Source of the DNA: Sphingobacterium sp. | GTDB taxonomy: Bacteria > Bacteroidota > Bacteroidia > Sphingobacteriales > Sphingobacteriaceae | DNA: 56,974 nucleotides | Direction: 5' to 3' | Assembly: GCA_036786125.1 (NCBI GenBank) | Contig: DAIQRP010000001.1 | Location: 32,465-89,438, forward strand | Shown here: positions 1 to 9,535 of the stretch, piece by piece | Numbering within the stretch: the stretch's first letter is position 1 | How the letters are laid out: each line of letters opens with the position of its first letter | Notes under the pieces: generated by a model | The model's input: the letters and a program-made list of their open reading frames with translations, nothing else | The model's database searches: none | Told to the model about the DNA's origin: nothing | Position numbers and translations under genes: made by a program

Positions 1-57
1 GATGAGCAACAATTAAAAAGAACACGAGAACGACGTCCAGATTTATTAAATGATTAA
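1..57 (+). CDS. trmD: 3' end of tRNA (guanine-N1)-methyltransferase (partial)
   Basis: Frame 1 reads DEQQLKRTRERRPDLLND*; RTxERRPDLL is the characteristic TrmD C-terminus. Only 18 aa are visible. Confidence 0.7.
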   Translation, partial: DEQQLKRTRERRPDLLND

Positions 58-93
58 CGATTATCAAGATTTATTGTTTTTTTATCAAAAAAG

Positions 94-123
94 TTTGCGT
101 TACCGTTTTTTTTTATAAATTTG
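94..123 (+). promoter_or_regulatory. Bacteroidota housekeeping promoter (-33 TTTG / -7 TAnnTTTG) for the trp leader
   Basis: TTTG at 94-97 and TAAATTTG at 116-123, with an 18-nt spacer. Confidence 0.75.
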
Positions 124-130
124 TGATACA

Positions 131-208
131 ATGAAAATGATTCAAACAAATACTAGTTGGTGGTGGCCTCGTGCAAATAGCGTCGGGACTGAACTTGTAT
201 TTTCATAA
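131..208 (+). CDS. trpL: trp operon leader peptide (25 aa, three tandem Trp codons)
   Basis: Hand translation MKMIQTNTSWWWPRANSVGTELVFS*; TGG TGG TGG at 158-166; lies upstream of a terminator and trpE. Confidence 0.85.
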   Translation: MKMIQTNTSWWWPRANSVGTELVFS

Positions 209-245
209 TATTTCATAATCAACCAAAACCATTTATGGAAATTAC

Positions 246-275
246 AACCCGGCGATCTCTCGTCGGGTTTTTTTT
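246..275 (+). terminator. trp attenuator terminator hairpin
   Basis: AACCCGGCGA-TCTC-TCGTCGGGTT (one G-U pair) followed by a T run, about 30 nt before the trpE ATG. Confidence 0.85.
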
Positions 276-305
276 ATTTTATATCAGTGTCAAATCATAC
301 AGAAA

Positions 306-1709
306 ATGAATTTTAACTTCAAAACAAACTATAAAAGACTGCTAGCAGATACCACCACTCCGGTGAGCATCTATTTAAGAATGCGCGATGTGTTTCCGAA
401 TAGTTTACTATTAGAGAGTTCGGAGTACCATTCTCGAGACAATAATATTTCCTATATCTGTTGCCAGCCAATCGCCGGAATTAAACTCGATAAAGAGGAA
501 TTGAGTATTCAATATCCGAATCAGCCTATAGAGTATAAATCCGCAAGCGATATCGATCTCAAAACGGAGGTTTCAAATTTTAGAAAATCTTTTACAGAGA
601 CCCAGTTTCCAGAATTGAATGTAACAACAAATGGTCTCTTCGGTTATTTTTCATTCGACTGTATTACTCACTTTGAAGATATTACCTTAACACAGGAACA
701 AAATCCTGCCCGAGAAATCCCTTTTCTACAATATCATATCTATAAGTATATTATCGCAATAGACCATTTTAGAAATGAACTCTATATCTTCGAGCATCTA
801 TTAGCCGATGAAGAATCCGATTTAGAGCGCATTCAATATCTTATCCAAAATAAAAATTTTCCAGAATACAGTTTTAAAATTCAAACGGAAGAAACTTCCT
901 CCATCAGCGATGCGGAGTATATTGCTGTAGTAGAAAAGATGCAAGAACATATACAACGGGGGGATGTCTTTCAGATTGTACCTTCCCGTGCATTTGCAAC
1001 AGGCTTCTCTGGAGATGAGTTTAATGTATATCGAGCTTTGAGATCAATTAATCCTTCCCCTTACTTATTCTATTTCGATTACGGAGATTTCAAACTCTTT
1101 GGCTCCTCTCCGGAAGCTCAACTTAGAATTACTCAGAATGAAGCGACAATCTATCCCATTGCCGGAACATTCAAACGTACCGGAAATATGGAAGAAGATG
1201 AAAAGATAGCCGAAAAATTAAAAAATGATCCCAAGGAGACTGCCGAACATGTGATGTTAGTCGACTTAGCTAGAAATGATTTAAGTAGACATTGTACGAA
1301 TGTGCAGGTTAAGTCGTATAAGGAAGCTCAGTATTATTCGCATATTATCCACCTGGTTTCCAAAGTCTCTGGAACACTTAAAGATGGCGTCAATCCATTT
1401 GATGTTGTCGGCGATACATACCCTGCTGGTACGCTCTCGGGAGCTCCAAAACATATGGCATTAACATTAATTGATAGATATGAAAAGCAACCGCGCTCTT
1501 TCTACTCTGGAGCCTTAGGCTTTATGGGCTTTAATGGAGATTTCAACCATGCAATTATGATTCGTACCTTTTTAAGTAAAAACAACCTTCTTCATTATCA
1601 AGCTGGCGGAGGAGTGGTATTATACTCACAGCCCGAAAGTGAACTTCAAGAAGTAAATAATAAAATTGCCGCTTTGAGAAAAGCATTAACATTAGCAGAA
1701 CAAATTTAA
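306..1709 (+). CDS. trpE: anthranilate synthase component I
   Basis: LLES, GDVFQIVPS, NPSPY, SSPE, PIAGT, EHVMLVDLARND and PAGTLSGAPK motifs. Confidence 0.95.
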   Translation: MNFNFKTNYKRLLADTTTPVSIYLRMRDVFPNSLLLESSEYHSRDNNISYICCQPIAGIKLDKEELSIQYPNQPIEYKSASDIDLKTEVSNFRKSFTETQFPELNVTTNGLFGYFSFDCITHFEDITLTQEQNPAREIPFLQYHIYKYIIAIDHFRNELYIFEHLLADEESDLERIQYLIQNKNFPEYSFKIQTEETSSISDAEYIAVVEKMQEHIQRGDVFQIVPSRAFATGFSGDEFNVYRALRSINPSPYLFYFDYGDFKLFGSSPEAQLRITQNEATIYPIAGTFKRTGNMEEDEKIAEKLKNDPKETAEHVMLVDLARNDLSRHCTNVQVKSYKEAQYYSHIIHLVSKVSGTLKDGVNPFDVVGDTYPAGTLSGAPKHMALTLIDRYEKQPRSFYSGALGFMGFNGDFNHAIMIRTFLSKNNLLHYQAGGGVVLYSQPESELQEVNNKIAALRKALTLAEQI

Positions 1710-1720
1710 GGAGATATATA

Positions 1721-2296
1721 ATGAAAAGCTCAAACATATTAGTCATTGACAACTATGACTCATTTACCTATAACTTAGTTCACCTTTTACAGGAATGTGG
1801 TCAAGCATATACGGTATGGAGAAATGACAAATTCGAGTTAGCAGATGTAGCGGCATTTGATAAAATTCTATTATCTCCAGGCCCAGGAATTCCAGAAGAA
1901 GCTGGTTTATTATTAGATGTCATCCGGACCTATTCCGAAACGAAAAGCATCTTAGGTATCTGCTTAGGGCAGCAAGCTATAGCGGAGGTATTTGGGGGCA
2001 AACTATATAATTTAAAAAAACCCTTACATGGAATAGCGACAGATCTGATTATTACTGATGAGCAGGAACCTCTTTTCCAACAGTATGCTCAAGGTTCTAA
2101 AATTGGAAGATACCACTCTTGGGCAGTAGAGAAAGAATCTCTTCCAGCTTGCTTAAAAATCACTGCTGAAGATGAAGATGGAATTATTATGGCGCTATCA
2201 CACCGTAGCTTAGATGTGCGCGGAATGCAATTCCACCCCGAATCTATCTTAACAGAAAATGGTAAACAACTGATTGAAAACTGGTTAAATAATTAA
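1721..2296 (+). CDS. trpG: anthranilate synthase component II (glutamine amidotransferase)
   Basis: IDNYDSFTYNL, SPGPG, GICLG and QFHPES motifs; follows trpE. Confidence 0.95.
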   Translation: MKSSNILVIDNYDSFTYNLVHLLQECGQAYTVWRNDKFELADVAAFDKILLSPGPGIPEEAGLLLDVIRTYSETKSILGICLGQQAIAEVFGGKLYNLKKPLHGIATDLIITDEQEPLFQQYAQGSKIGRYHSWAVEKESLPACLKITAEDEDGIIMALSHRSLDVRGMQFHPESILTENGKQLIENWLNN

Positions 2297-2299
2297 AGA

Positions 2300-3082
2300 A
2301 TGACAATTTTAGATACCATCGTTGCTCAGAAAAAAATTGAAGTGGCAGAAGCGAAAGCCCAAACTACTGTGGAGGAATTACAGGCACTTCCCCTATTCCA
2401 TAGAAAGTGCTATTCCTTTCAAGAATCCGCTGCCACGGCAGGTCGTAAAGGGATTATTGCAGAGTATAAGAGAGCCTCTCCTTCCAAAGGTTTAATAAAT
2501 GGAACTTCTTCTGTTCAGGAGGTCGTGAAAGGTTATCAGGATGCCGGAGCTATTGCGATCTCTGTACTCACAGATCAGCAATTTTTCCAAGGTTCCTTAG
2601 AGGATCTGACCGCAGCACGAGAAGTGCTTCATATTCCTTTATTACGGAAGGAATTTATTGTAGACCCTTATCAGATTACTGAAGCGAAGGCTTATGGAGC
2701 CGATATAATTTTATTAATTGCGGCTTGCCTAACGGATCAGGAACTAACAGCATTTGCCACTTACGCGAAATCCCTAGGATTAAATATACTCTTGGAAGTG
2801 CATAATGAAGAAGAGTTAAAACGAGGTCTGCATCTTCCAGTAGATGCTATTGGTGTAAATAATAGAAATTTAAAGGATTTTAAAGTTACACTAGATCATT
2901 CCTATGCCTTAGTCGACCAGATTCCTTCTTCTGTATTGAAAGTTTCCGAATCCGGCATCTCTAATCCTCAAACAATTCAAGCATTAAAGGAGGTTGGTTT
3001 TGAAGCCTTTTTAATCGGAGAAAATTTTATGAAAACCACGGATCCAGCTTTAGCGATCCAGGAATTCGTAAAAGAAATTTAA
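2300..3082 (+). CDS. trpC: indole-3-glycerol phosphate synthase
   Basis: IAEYKRASPSKG, SVLTD, LLRKEFI, GVNNRNL and VSESGI motifs. Confidence 0.95.
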   Translation: MTILDTIVAQKKIEVAEAKAQTTVEELQALPLFHRKCYSFQESAATAGRKGIIAEYKRASPSKGLINGTSSVQEVVKGYQDAGAIAISVLTDQQFFQGSLEDLTAAREVLHIPLLRKEFIVDPYQITEAKAYGADIILLIAACLTDQELTAFATYAKSLGLNILLEVHNEEELKRGLHLPVDAIGVNNRNLKDFKVTLDHSYALVDQIPSSVLKVSESGISNPQTIQALKEVGFEAFLIGENFMKTTDPALAIQEFVKEI

Positions 3083-3085
3083 TAT

Positions 3086-3119
3086 TTATTTAAAATGAAT
3101 CTAAATAACGTTATATTTG
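3086..3119 (+). promoter_or_regulatory. 23-bp palindromic operator (putative iron/Fur-type box) overlapping the ECF gene promoter
   Basis: TTATTTA-AAATGAATC-TAAATAA at 3086-3108, then -7 element TATATTTG at 3112-3119; a related copy sits at 5824-5846. Confidence 0.6.
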
Positions 3120-3144
3120 GCGCGTTATTAAGATATAAATCGAG

Positions 3145-3660
3145 TTGGAAAAGGAGACTTTTATAATCAATAAAAATAGCTTTGAGCAGATATACCTTCA
3201 ATATTGGGAAGGTATGTTTGCTTTCTGTTTGAAAAATATCCACGACGAAGATTTAGCCAAAGAAATTGTTCAAGAAGTTTTTAAATCCCTTTGGGAACGC
3301 CGCGAAGAACTCGAACTCAAAGAAGTCAATCGTTACCTAATCCGTTCTGTCAAATTAAAAACCTTCGAATATATCCGTAACAAACAGACTAGACAGCAGC
3401 ATCTAGAAAAAATCATCAGCCAATCTGCTACACATTACTCGGAAGACCATATGATTGCAGATGAACTCTCATTAAAAATAGCTAAACTCATCAATAGCTT
3501 ACCTAAACAATGTAAAAACGTGTTTAAGATGAGCAGAGACCAAGGCCTAACCAATAAAGAAATTGCCAGTCAATTATATATTTCTGAGCGCGCAGTAGAG
3601 TATCATATCTCTAAAGCCTTGCAAACTTTAAGAATAGAACTTGATGAATACATTCATTAA
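3145..3660 (+). CDS. ECF sigma factor, FecI-like (Bacteroidota expansion family)
   Basis: Region 2 (AKEIVQEVFKSLWERR) and region 4 (LPKQCKNVFKMSRDQGLTNKEIASQLYISERAVEYHISKAL); TTG start. Confidence 0.9.
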   Translation: MEKETFIINKNSFEQIYLQYWEGMFAFCLKNIHDEDLAKEIVQEVFKSLWERREELELKEVNRYLIRSVKLKTFEYIRNKQTRQQHLEKIISQSATHYSEDHMIADELSLKIAKLINSLPKQCKNVFKMSRDQGLTNKEIASQLYISERAVEYHISKALQTLRIELDEYIH

Positions 3661-3675
3661 AGAAAATTCCTATAG

Positions 3676-3698
3676 TTGAAAGAATTCATGTATTTTTG
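3676..3698 (+). promoter_or_regulatory. internal housekeeping promoter for anti-sigma and lipoprotein genes
   Basis: TATTTTTG at 3691-3698 with TTG at 3676-3678. Confidence 0.45.
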
Positions 3699-3716
3699 TT
3701 AGAGTAAGCAGCAGAT

Positions 3717-4409
3717 ATGAAAATCGATTATAAAATCTTAGAACGTTATCATTTAAATCAATGTACGCCAGAGGAACGTCTTTTGGTGGAACAGTGGTTG
3801 GATGAAGACTTGGCCGATTTTGAATCTCCTTTCTCTGCGGCAGATGAAAAGCAGAAGGTTCAAAATGAGATTTGGGCAGAGCTGAATAACTTTATAGATA
3901 CAGAAGCACAAAGCCCAGCTGCAAGCAGTACGCCTTTGCCTAGCGATACTGTGGCGGCAGATCTAATCGATATTAAGCCTAAAAGATTAATTTCTTTTAA
4001 GCAACTGTGCATAGCAGCTGCGGTAATCGCTATCATTGGATCAGCCCTTATTACTTTTAAATCTACGCATCAGATTTCCGATGCTATTTTTGATAATAGT
4101 GCCAATGCCCAATTGAAATATATTGAGAAGAATAATTACGAACTTATCTTAGGTCGACATGCTTCCGCCCGTGTCAATTTAAATACCGGAGTATTTGATA
4201 CTTCTGGAGATATGATGCTTATCCCTAAAAAAGATTTTTTATTTAGCTTTTCTGAAAGCAGTGAAAAGAAGAAGTTAAAAAATGGTGAAACTTATTTTGT
4301 AATAGAATCTCCAAGTACTGGAAAGCCCATTATTATTTCTAAAACGGAAATGACTTTCTTAGCTCCGACGATTCAAAATCAATTAAAAATGCAATTTAAT
4401 ATCAGTTAA
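3717..4409 (+). CDS. short or degenerate FecR-like anti-sigma factor
   Basis: N-terminal LERYHLNQCTPEERLLVEQWLD is typical of Bacteroidota FecR anti-sigma domains; one TM helix (LCIAAAVIAIIGSALITF); the periplasmic part is short and lacks the LPDGSxVxLN motif. Confidence 0.7.
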   Translation: MKIDYKILERYHLNQCTPEERLLVEQWLDEDLADFESPFSAADEKQKVQNEIWAELNNFIDTEAQSPAASSTPLPSDTVAADLIDIKPKRLISFKQLCIAAAVIAIIGSALITFKSTHQISDAIFDNSANAQLKYIEKNNYELILGRHASARVNLNTGVFDTSGDMMLIPKKDFLFSFSESSEKKKLKNGETYFVIESPSTGKPIIISKTEMTFLAPTIQNQLKMQFNIS

Positions 4410-4427
4410 TCATTGCCCAAAATATAC

Positions 4428-5645
4428 ATGCAACTCCAAAAATTATCATTTGCTCTTCTCCTGATTATTTCTGGCATCTTCTACAGCTGCTCTCAGCCAA
4501 ATACATCCAAAAAAACTCAAGGTAAATACAGTCTTTATATTATGAATAAGGATCTCGGTAATACCATGCTGATTACGGATAATATTTCCCAAGACTCTCT
4601 GTCTATCTATAGCGATGGCATTCCACTTCCCTCCTCCAATTTCGAACGTAGTGTTATTGTAAAAGAGGGATATTATTACCAAATAGATTCCAAAAATGAA
4701 ATTTTTGGAAAATATAAATTAACCCAAAATGGGGTAGAAAAGGTCGCTCAGATACCCATGGTTAATAGACATATTGAAAATGTCAACTGGCTCAGTGCGG
4801 ACACATTATTACTAATAACTTTAGATGATCAGACTTATAGAGATTTAAAGTATTATATTATTGATGTCCGAAACTTCTCTATTGTTCGGCAGGGAAAAAT
4901 TAACCTTCCAATTGATAATCCTGAATTTCCAATAATTTCTATTGGCTTTAGTACAGTCAAAGAGGGTAGATTATTACTCGGCTATTGCTTTAATAAAATA
5001 TATAATACCACAGATTTTACAACGAGTGATTTTATGTATTTAGCAAATATCAACAGCTCGAATATGCAGATTGAAGATATCCAGAAAGACAATCGTTCCT
5101 CCTATCCCGGAGGGATTAATACAGTACAATCCTATAGTTTTACGGATGAGTCTGGAGATTTTTATTTTATGAGCTGCCCCGGCATTGCACTGGGTAATAA
5201 CCCAACTAAACCTACGGCAATCTTTAGAATACGGAAATCAGAATTTAAAATCGATCCGGATTATATGATTAATCTATCTGAAAAGACTAATAATCATGCC
5301 TATGGCCTTTGGTATTTAGGGCATGGACAAGCCATAGTCCGCTCGGAAAGAAAAGATTTATATACAGACTTTTCCGATCACCACTCCACTTATCAGTTTG
5401 AATACTACCTGGTCAATTTAAAAAGTCAGGAACTTAGCAAATTGGATTTACCTTATGATAAAGGAACTCGCAAGGAATCCGTTTTAGTTAGTGCTAATAA
5501 AGCATATATTACTATAGACGATCAAGCAGATAATCATCAAATTTGGATATATGATATCCTGACCCAAAAAATAAATCGAGGATTAAAATTCGACAATAAA
5601 GCCGATTTTATTGTTAGAATAGATAGTTTTAGTGCAATACCATAA
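4428..5645 (+). CDS. DUF4374-like beta-propeller lipoprotein (paralog 1)
   Basis: Lipobox IFYS-C; the DESGDFYF...AIFRIRKSEFKIDPDYMINL segment aligns by eye with DNKGDAYV...GFLRIKKGTDEFDKDYYFDI of 8271..9527. ATG at 4428 preferred over TTG at 4413. Confidence 0.7.
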   Translation: MQLQKLSFALLLIISGIFYSCSQPNTSKKTQGKYSLYIMNKDLGNTMLITDNISQDSLSIYSDGIPLPSSNFERSVIVKEGYYYQIDSKNEIFGKYKLTQNGVEKVAQIPMVNRHIENVNWLSADTLLLITLDDQTYRDLKYYIIDVRNFSIVRQGKINLPIDNPEFPIISIGFSTVKEGRLLLGYCFNKIYNTTDFTTSDFMYLANINSSNMQIEDIQKDNRSSYPGGINTVQSYSFTDESGDFYFMSCPGIALGNNPTKPTAIFRIRKSEFKIDPDYMINLSEKTNNHAYGLWYLGHGQAIVRSERKDLYTDFSDHHSTYQFEYYLVNLKSQELSKLDLPYDKGTRKESVLVSANKAYITIDDQADNHQIWIYDILTQKINRGLKFDNKADFIVRIDSFSAIP

Positions 5646-5662
5646 AGATCATCTGTTAAGAT

Positions 5663-5702
5663 AAAAAAGGTGCTTTTCATAAAATGAAAAGCACCTTTTT
5701 TT
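5663..5702 (+). terminator. intrinsic terminator after the ECF/anti-sigma/lipoprotein unit
   Basis: AAAAAAGGTGCTTTTCAT-AAA-ATGAAAAGCACCTTTTTT inverted repeat. Confidence 0.85.
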
Positions 5703-5823
5703 ATTTAGGCCGATACATTACATAAAAACTTAAACCATAAAACACTCAAATACAGCGACTAAAGCACCTATTAAAATTAATTTCATATTCCACCTTCGGT
5801 AAAGCTCAGATTACGCAACATCT

Positions 5824-5846
5824 CTATGTATAATTAATCTAAATAA
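5824..5846 (+). promoter_or_regulatory. second copy of the putative iron box, just upstream of the TonB-dependent transporter ATG
   Basis: CTATGTATAATTAATCTAAATAA shares AATCTAAATAACG with the 3086 copy. Confidence 0.55.
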
Positions 5847-5850
5847 CGGA

Positions 5851-8241
5851 ATGTTGAATTTAAAAACGATATGGCTGTATCTATTCATGGCCCTATCTAT
5901 ACCAGCTTTAGCCCAACAAAATAGCGAGGTCATAGGAATATTATCCGCTTCAAATAATTCTCCTCTGGCTTCGGCCACCATTACAGTCCAAGAAAATAAT
6001 CAAAAAGCTCAATCGGATCATCAGGGGCGTTTTGTATTAAAGAATATTAAATATGGCACCTATAACTTAATTATTTCTGCTGTAGGTTATCGAACAGAAA
6101 AACAGGTGATAAAAATTAATCAGCCTGTTGTTCAACTCCCAAAAATGCAACTTCAGGAGGCCTTACATGCCATAGATGAAGTAGAAATCATCGGAAGGTC
6201 TACTGTACAAGAAATCCAAAGACAGCCCTTTAATGTAACAGCCATAGATGCTAAAAAATTATATAATACGACTTTAGATATAGGGCAGGCATTAAACCGA
6301 GTTTCCGGAGTACGCTTACGGGAATCTGGTGGCGTAGGTTCCAATATGTCTTTTAGTATTAATGGATTTTCAGGGAATCAGGTTAAATTATTCTTAGACG
6401 GTATACCGATGGATAATTTTGGTTCTTCCTTTCAATTGAATAATATCCCAATTAATTTTGCGGAGCGTGTAGAAGTCTATAAAGGGGTCGTTCCAGTCTG
6501 GTTAGGTGGGGACGCCTTAGGCGGTGCTGTGAATATTGTCACTAAAAATGAACCTGGAAAATACCTGGATGCCTCCTATTCATACGGTTCCTTTAATACA
6601 CATAAAACCACTGTAAATACTGGATACATTGCAAAAAATGGATTGACATTCACCTTATCTGCCTTTCAAAATTATTCCGACAACGACTACTGGGTCAATG
6701 TCAGAGCTTATGATTTTGAAACGGAGAAATACTTCCCTCCACAAAGAAGAAAACGGTTTCATGATGCATATAGAAATGAAACGATGGTTTTCAATACCGG
6801 TTTTTCTAATAAAAAATATGCCGACCAATTACTTGTTGGCATTACATTAGGGCAGAACAAAAAAGAGATTCAAACAGGGAATACCATGGAGGATGTCTAT
6901 GGAGGAAGAGAAAGTCTAGGGAATATTGTGCAACCCAGCTTAAAATATATCAAACGCAATTTGATCTATAAAGGGCTAGATGTGAGCTTAAATGCAAGGT
7001 ATAATTTCGGTGAAGAGCGGAGTTTAGATACGGTTCCTCGTAAATTCACATGGACCGGTGAAAGCCGCCCTAAAAATCCCAATAATCCCAATGCTCCGGG
7101 AGGAGAAAATGATCTTCGAGACTACCGTTTCAAGAATAATAATGGCAATATGACAGCGAATATCTCTTATGCTTTAAATGAGAGACATAGCTTGATGATT
7201 AACCATTTGCTAACCACCTTCGATCGTAAAGGAAAAGATCATTACTTCCCTGATTTAATGCTGAATAAACTCCCTCGTAAGACGACTAAAAATATTACTG
7301 GACTAGGTTATAGAATGTCCCTATTAGAAAAATGGGATGCCAATCTTTTTATGAAAAACTATAATCAGCAAGGTAAGTTCTTTAAACAAATCAGTCAGGA
7401 TGTATATGAGGATGTACAAACGACCACTAATAAAATCGGGTATGGCTTAGCGACTTCCTACTTTGTCAATCCGAGCCTTCAGGTTAAAGCATCCTATGAA
7501 AAAGCAGTGCGCCTTCCTGAAAACACCGAATTATTTGGAGATGCTCAAGATCTTTCAGCGAACACCCTATTAAAACCGGAGACCAGTGATAATTTTAATT
7601 TAGGCCTCTCCTATACCATCAAGTTCCATAAGGAACATCAAATGATCGTAGATGCTAATTATGTATACCGTGAAGCAGTAGACTTTATCCGTCAAAATAT
7701 AGGTCCCTTAACGAGCAGTGGAAAAAGAGAAATTAAATACGCCAACCTTCGAAATGTCCGCAATAATAGTTTAGATGTAAGTCTGAAATACTTTTATAAA
7801 AATAAGTTCTCTATCGGAGGAACGATGACGTATCAGAATTTAATCAATACGACGCAATTTGAACCTAATCAGGAAGTACAAAGTAGCATCTATAAAGACC
7901 GTCTTCCTAATATGCCATATTTATACGGAAATGGAGATGTTACTTACTACTTCCATCATGTAGGGCGCAAGAATAATACCTTAACTCTAGGCTATAATAT
8001 TCAATATATTCATGAATTTTTTCTGACTTGGCCAAGTTTAGGAACTCCTTCTCAACGGTACAAAATTCCAGAACAAATTTCTCATGATGTCAATATCGTC
8101 TACTCCTTAGCTTCTGGAAAATACAATATTGCTGTAGAGTGTAATAACCTAACGGATGCCACCCGTTACGATAACTTTGAGATGCAAAAACCGAGTCGGT
8201 CCTTCAATCTGAAGTTCAGATACTTTATCCGTAAAAATTAA
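5851..8241 (+). CDS. TonB-dependent transporter, XusA-like (siderophore/iron)
   Basis: Signal peptide, carboxypeptidase-like N-domain, plug (GVRLRESGGVGS; ERVEVYKGVVPVWLGGDALGGAVNIVT), LKPETSDNFNLG, C-terminal QKPSRSFNLKFRYF. Confidence 0.88.
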   Translation: MLNLKTIWLYLFMALSIPALAQQNSEVIGILSASNNSPLASATITVQENNQKAQSDHQGRFVLKNIKYGTYNLIISAVGYRTEKQVIKINQPVVQLPKMQLQEALHAIDEVEIIGRSTVQEIQRQPFNVTAIDAKKLYNTTLDIGQALNRVSGVRLRESGGVGSNMSFSINGFSGNQVKLFLDGIPMDNFGSSFQLNNIPINFAERVEVYKGVVPVWLGGDALGGAVNIVTKNEPGKYLDASYSYGSFNTHKTTVNTGYIAKNGLTFTLSAFQNYSDNDYWVNVRAYDFETEKYFPPQRRKRFHDAYRNETMVFNTGFSNKKYADQLLVGITLGQNKKEIQTGNTMEDVYGGRESLGNIVQPSLKYIKRNLIYKGLDVSLNARYNFGEERSLDTVPRKFTWTGESRPKNPNNPNAPGGENDLRDYRFKNNNGNMTANISYALNERHSLMINHLLTTFDRKGKDHYFPDLMLNKLPRKTTKNITGLGYRMSLLEKWDANLFMKNYNQQGKFFKQISQDVYEDVQTTTNKIGYGLATSYFVNPSLQVKASYEKAVRLPENTELFGDAQDLSANTLLKPETSDNFNLGLSYTIKFHKEHQMIVDANYVYREAVDFIRQNIGPLTSSGKREIKYANLRNVRNNSLDVSLKYFYKNKFSIGGTMTYQNLINTTQFEPNQEVQSSIYKDRLPNMPYLYGNGDVTYYFHHVGRKNNTLTLGYNIQYIHEFFLTWPSLGTPSQRYKIPEQISHDVNIVYSLASGKYNIAVECNNLTDATRYDNFEMQKPSRSFNLKFRYFIRKN

Positions 8242-8270
8242 CAATATTATTTAATCACAAATTAATTATA

Positions 8271-9527
8271 ATGAAAAAGTTCAATACTTTAAAAATGCTT
8301 TCTTTAGCATGCGGCGTTTTAGCAATTACTGCCTGTTCCAAAGATAATCCTTCAACCGGAGGAGATGGGGAGCCAGGAAATGGTAAAAAAGAAAAATTTG
8401 TATTCGTTGTAGAGGGACAAGGAAGCACAGAGTCTGGAGCTTCAGGTCGATATATTGTAGCTACAGACGATGTGTCTACAGGGTCTATTGGTATTGTTGG
8501 AAACGGCTTACCAGCGACAGAATTTGCTTTTACAACACAGAATAATTATGTGTTAGGTTTAGTGTATGGTGGTCAAGGTGCTATTACTCCATATACCGTA
8601 GACAATAATGGTTCTTTACAACGTTTAGTGAATGAGCAGGTCAATGCAGAAACGGCAGGTATCTTCGGTAATTTCGGAGATAAAAATGTGGTACTAGGTG
8701 GAACCAATAGAAATATAACCAATCCCATTGCGACTCTCAGAAACTACGATGCAGAGAAATTCGCAATCGTCAATAGAAATACCGTTGATCTTTCCAAAGT
8801 ATTAGGAGGAAAACGTATGGCCATCTGGACAGGGGTATTCCAAGTAGGAAATAAAATGTATGTACCTTTCCAATCTGCAGACGGCTCTAATGGCTGGGGA
8901 GGAAACTTCACGACTACAGATACGACCTATATCGGTATCTTCTCGTACCCAGAAATGAAGTTTGAAAAGACTATCCGTGATGGTAGAGGTTCCCACATTG
9001 GAAACTGGTATGCGCAACAAGGTCTTGCTGTAGATAATAAAGGAGATGCTTATGTTTGGTTCTCGGCTAACGAAGCATCTTTAGCTTCTAAAAACAAATC
9101 TGGATTCTTAAGAATTAAAAAAGGTACAGACGAGTTTGATAAAGATTACTACTTTGATATCGAAGCTTTAGGTAATGGTAAAATTGCACGTGGTAACTAT
9201 TTAAAAGATAGTAAATTCTTAATGTCTATCTACAACAAAGGAGAGCAATCCGAAGGTGTTGGAGGCGGCATGGTGAAATTATTTATTGTCGATATTCAAA
9301 GTAAAACGATGCAAGAGATTAAAGAGATTCCTTCACATGAACAACCTGGATATAACTCCGTTGTATATGTGGAGCCTAATGGATCCAAAGCGTATTATAC
9401 GATTAAAGATCCATCAGATAAGCAGTACTATACTTATATCGTAGATACCAATACTGGAACGGCGAAAAAAGGTATCCGCTTTATTGGTATATCCAGCATC
9501 ACATCGATGAGCAAAATCAATTATTAA
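8271..9527 (+). CDS. DUF4374 surface lipoprotein, XusB-like
   Basis: Lipobox ITA-C followed by SKDN..DGE; SYPEMKFEKTIRDGR and SGFLRIKKGTDEFDKDYYFDI motifs; lies between the transporter and the PepSY gene. Confidence 0.8.
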   Translation: MKKFNTLKMLSLACGVLAITACSKDNPSTGGDGEPGNGKKEKFVFVVEGQGSTESGASGRYIVATDDVSTGSIGIVGNGLPATEFAFTTQNNYVLGLVYGGQGAITPYTVDNNGSLQRLVNEQVNAETAGIFGNFGDKNVVLGGTNRNITNPIATLRNYDAEKFAIVNRNTVDLSKVLGGKRMAIWTGVFQVGNKMYVPFQSADGSNGWGGNFTTTDTTYIGIFSYPEMKFEKTIRDGRGSHIGNWYAQQGLAVDNKGDAYVWFSANEASLASKNKSGFLRIKKGTDEFDKDYYFDIEALGNGKIARGNYLKDSKFLMSIYNKGEQSEGVGGGMVKLFIVDIQSKTMQEIKEIPSHEQPGYNSVVYVEPNGSKAYYTIKDPSDKQYYTYIVDTNTGTAKKGIRFIGISSITSMSKINY

Positions 9528-9535
9528 TTTCCCTT

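Noticed and set aside
198..219. Short direct repeat TTTCATAAT x2 at the end of the trp leader
   Set aside because: Low-complexity AT-rich duplication with no evident pairing role.
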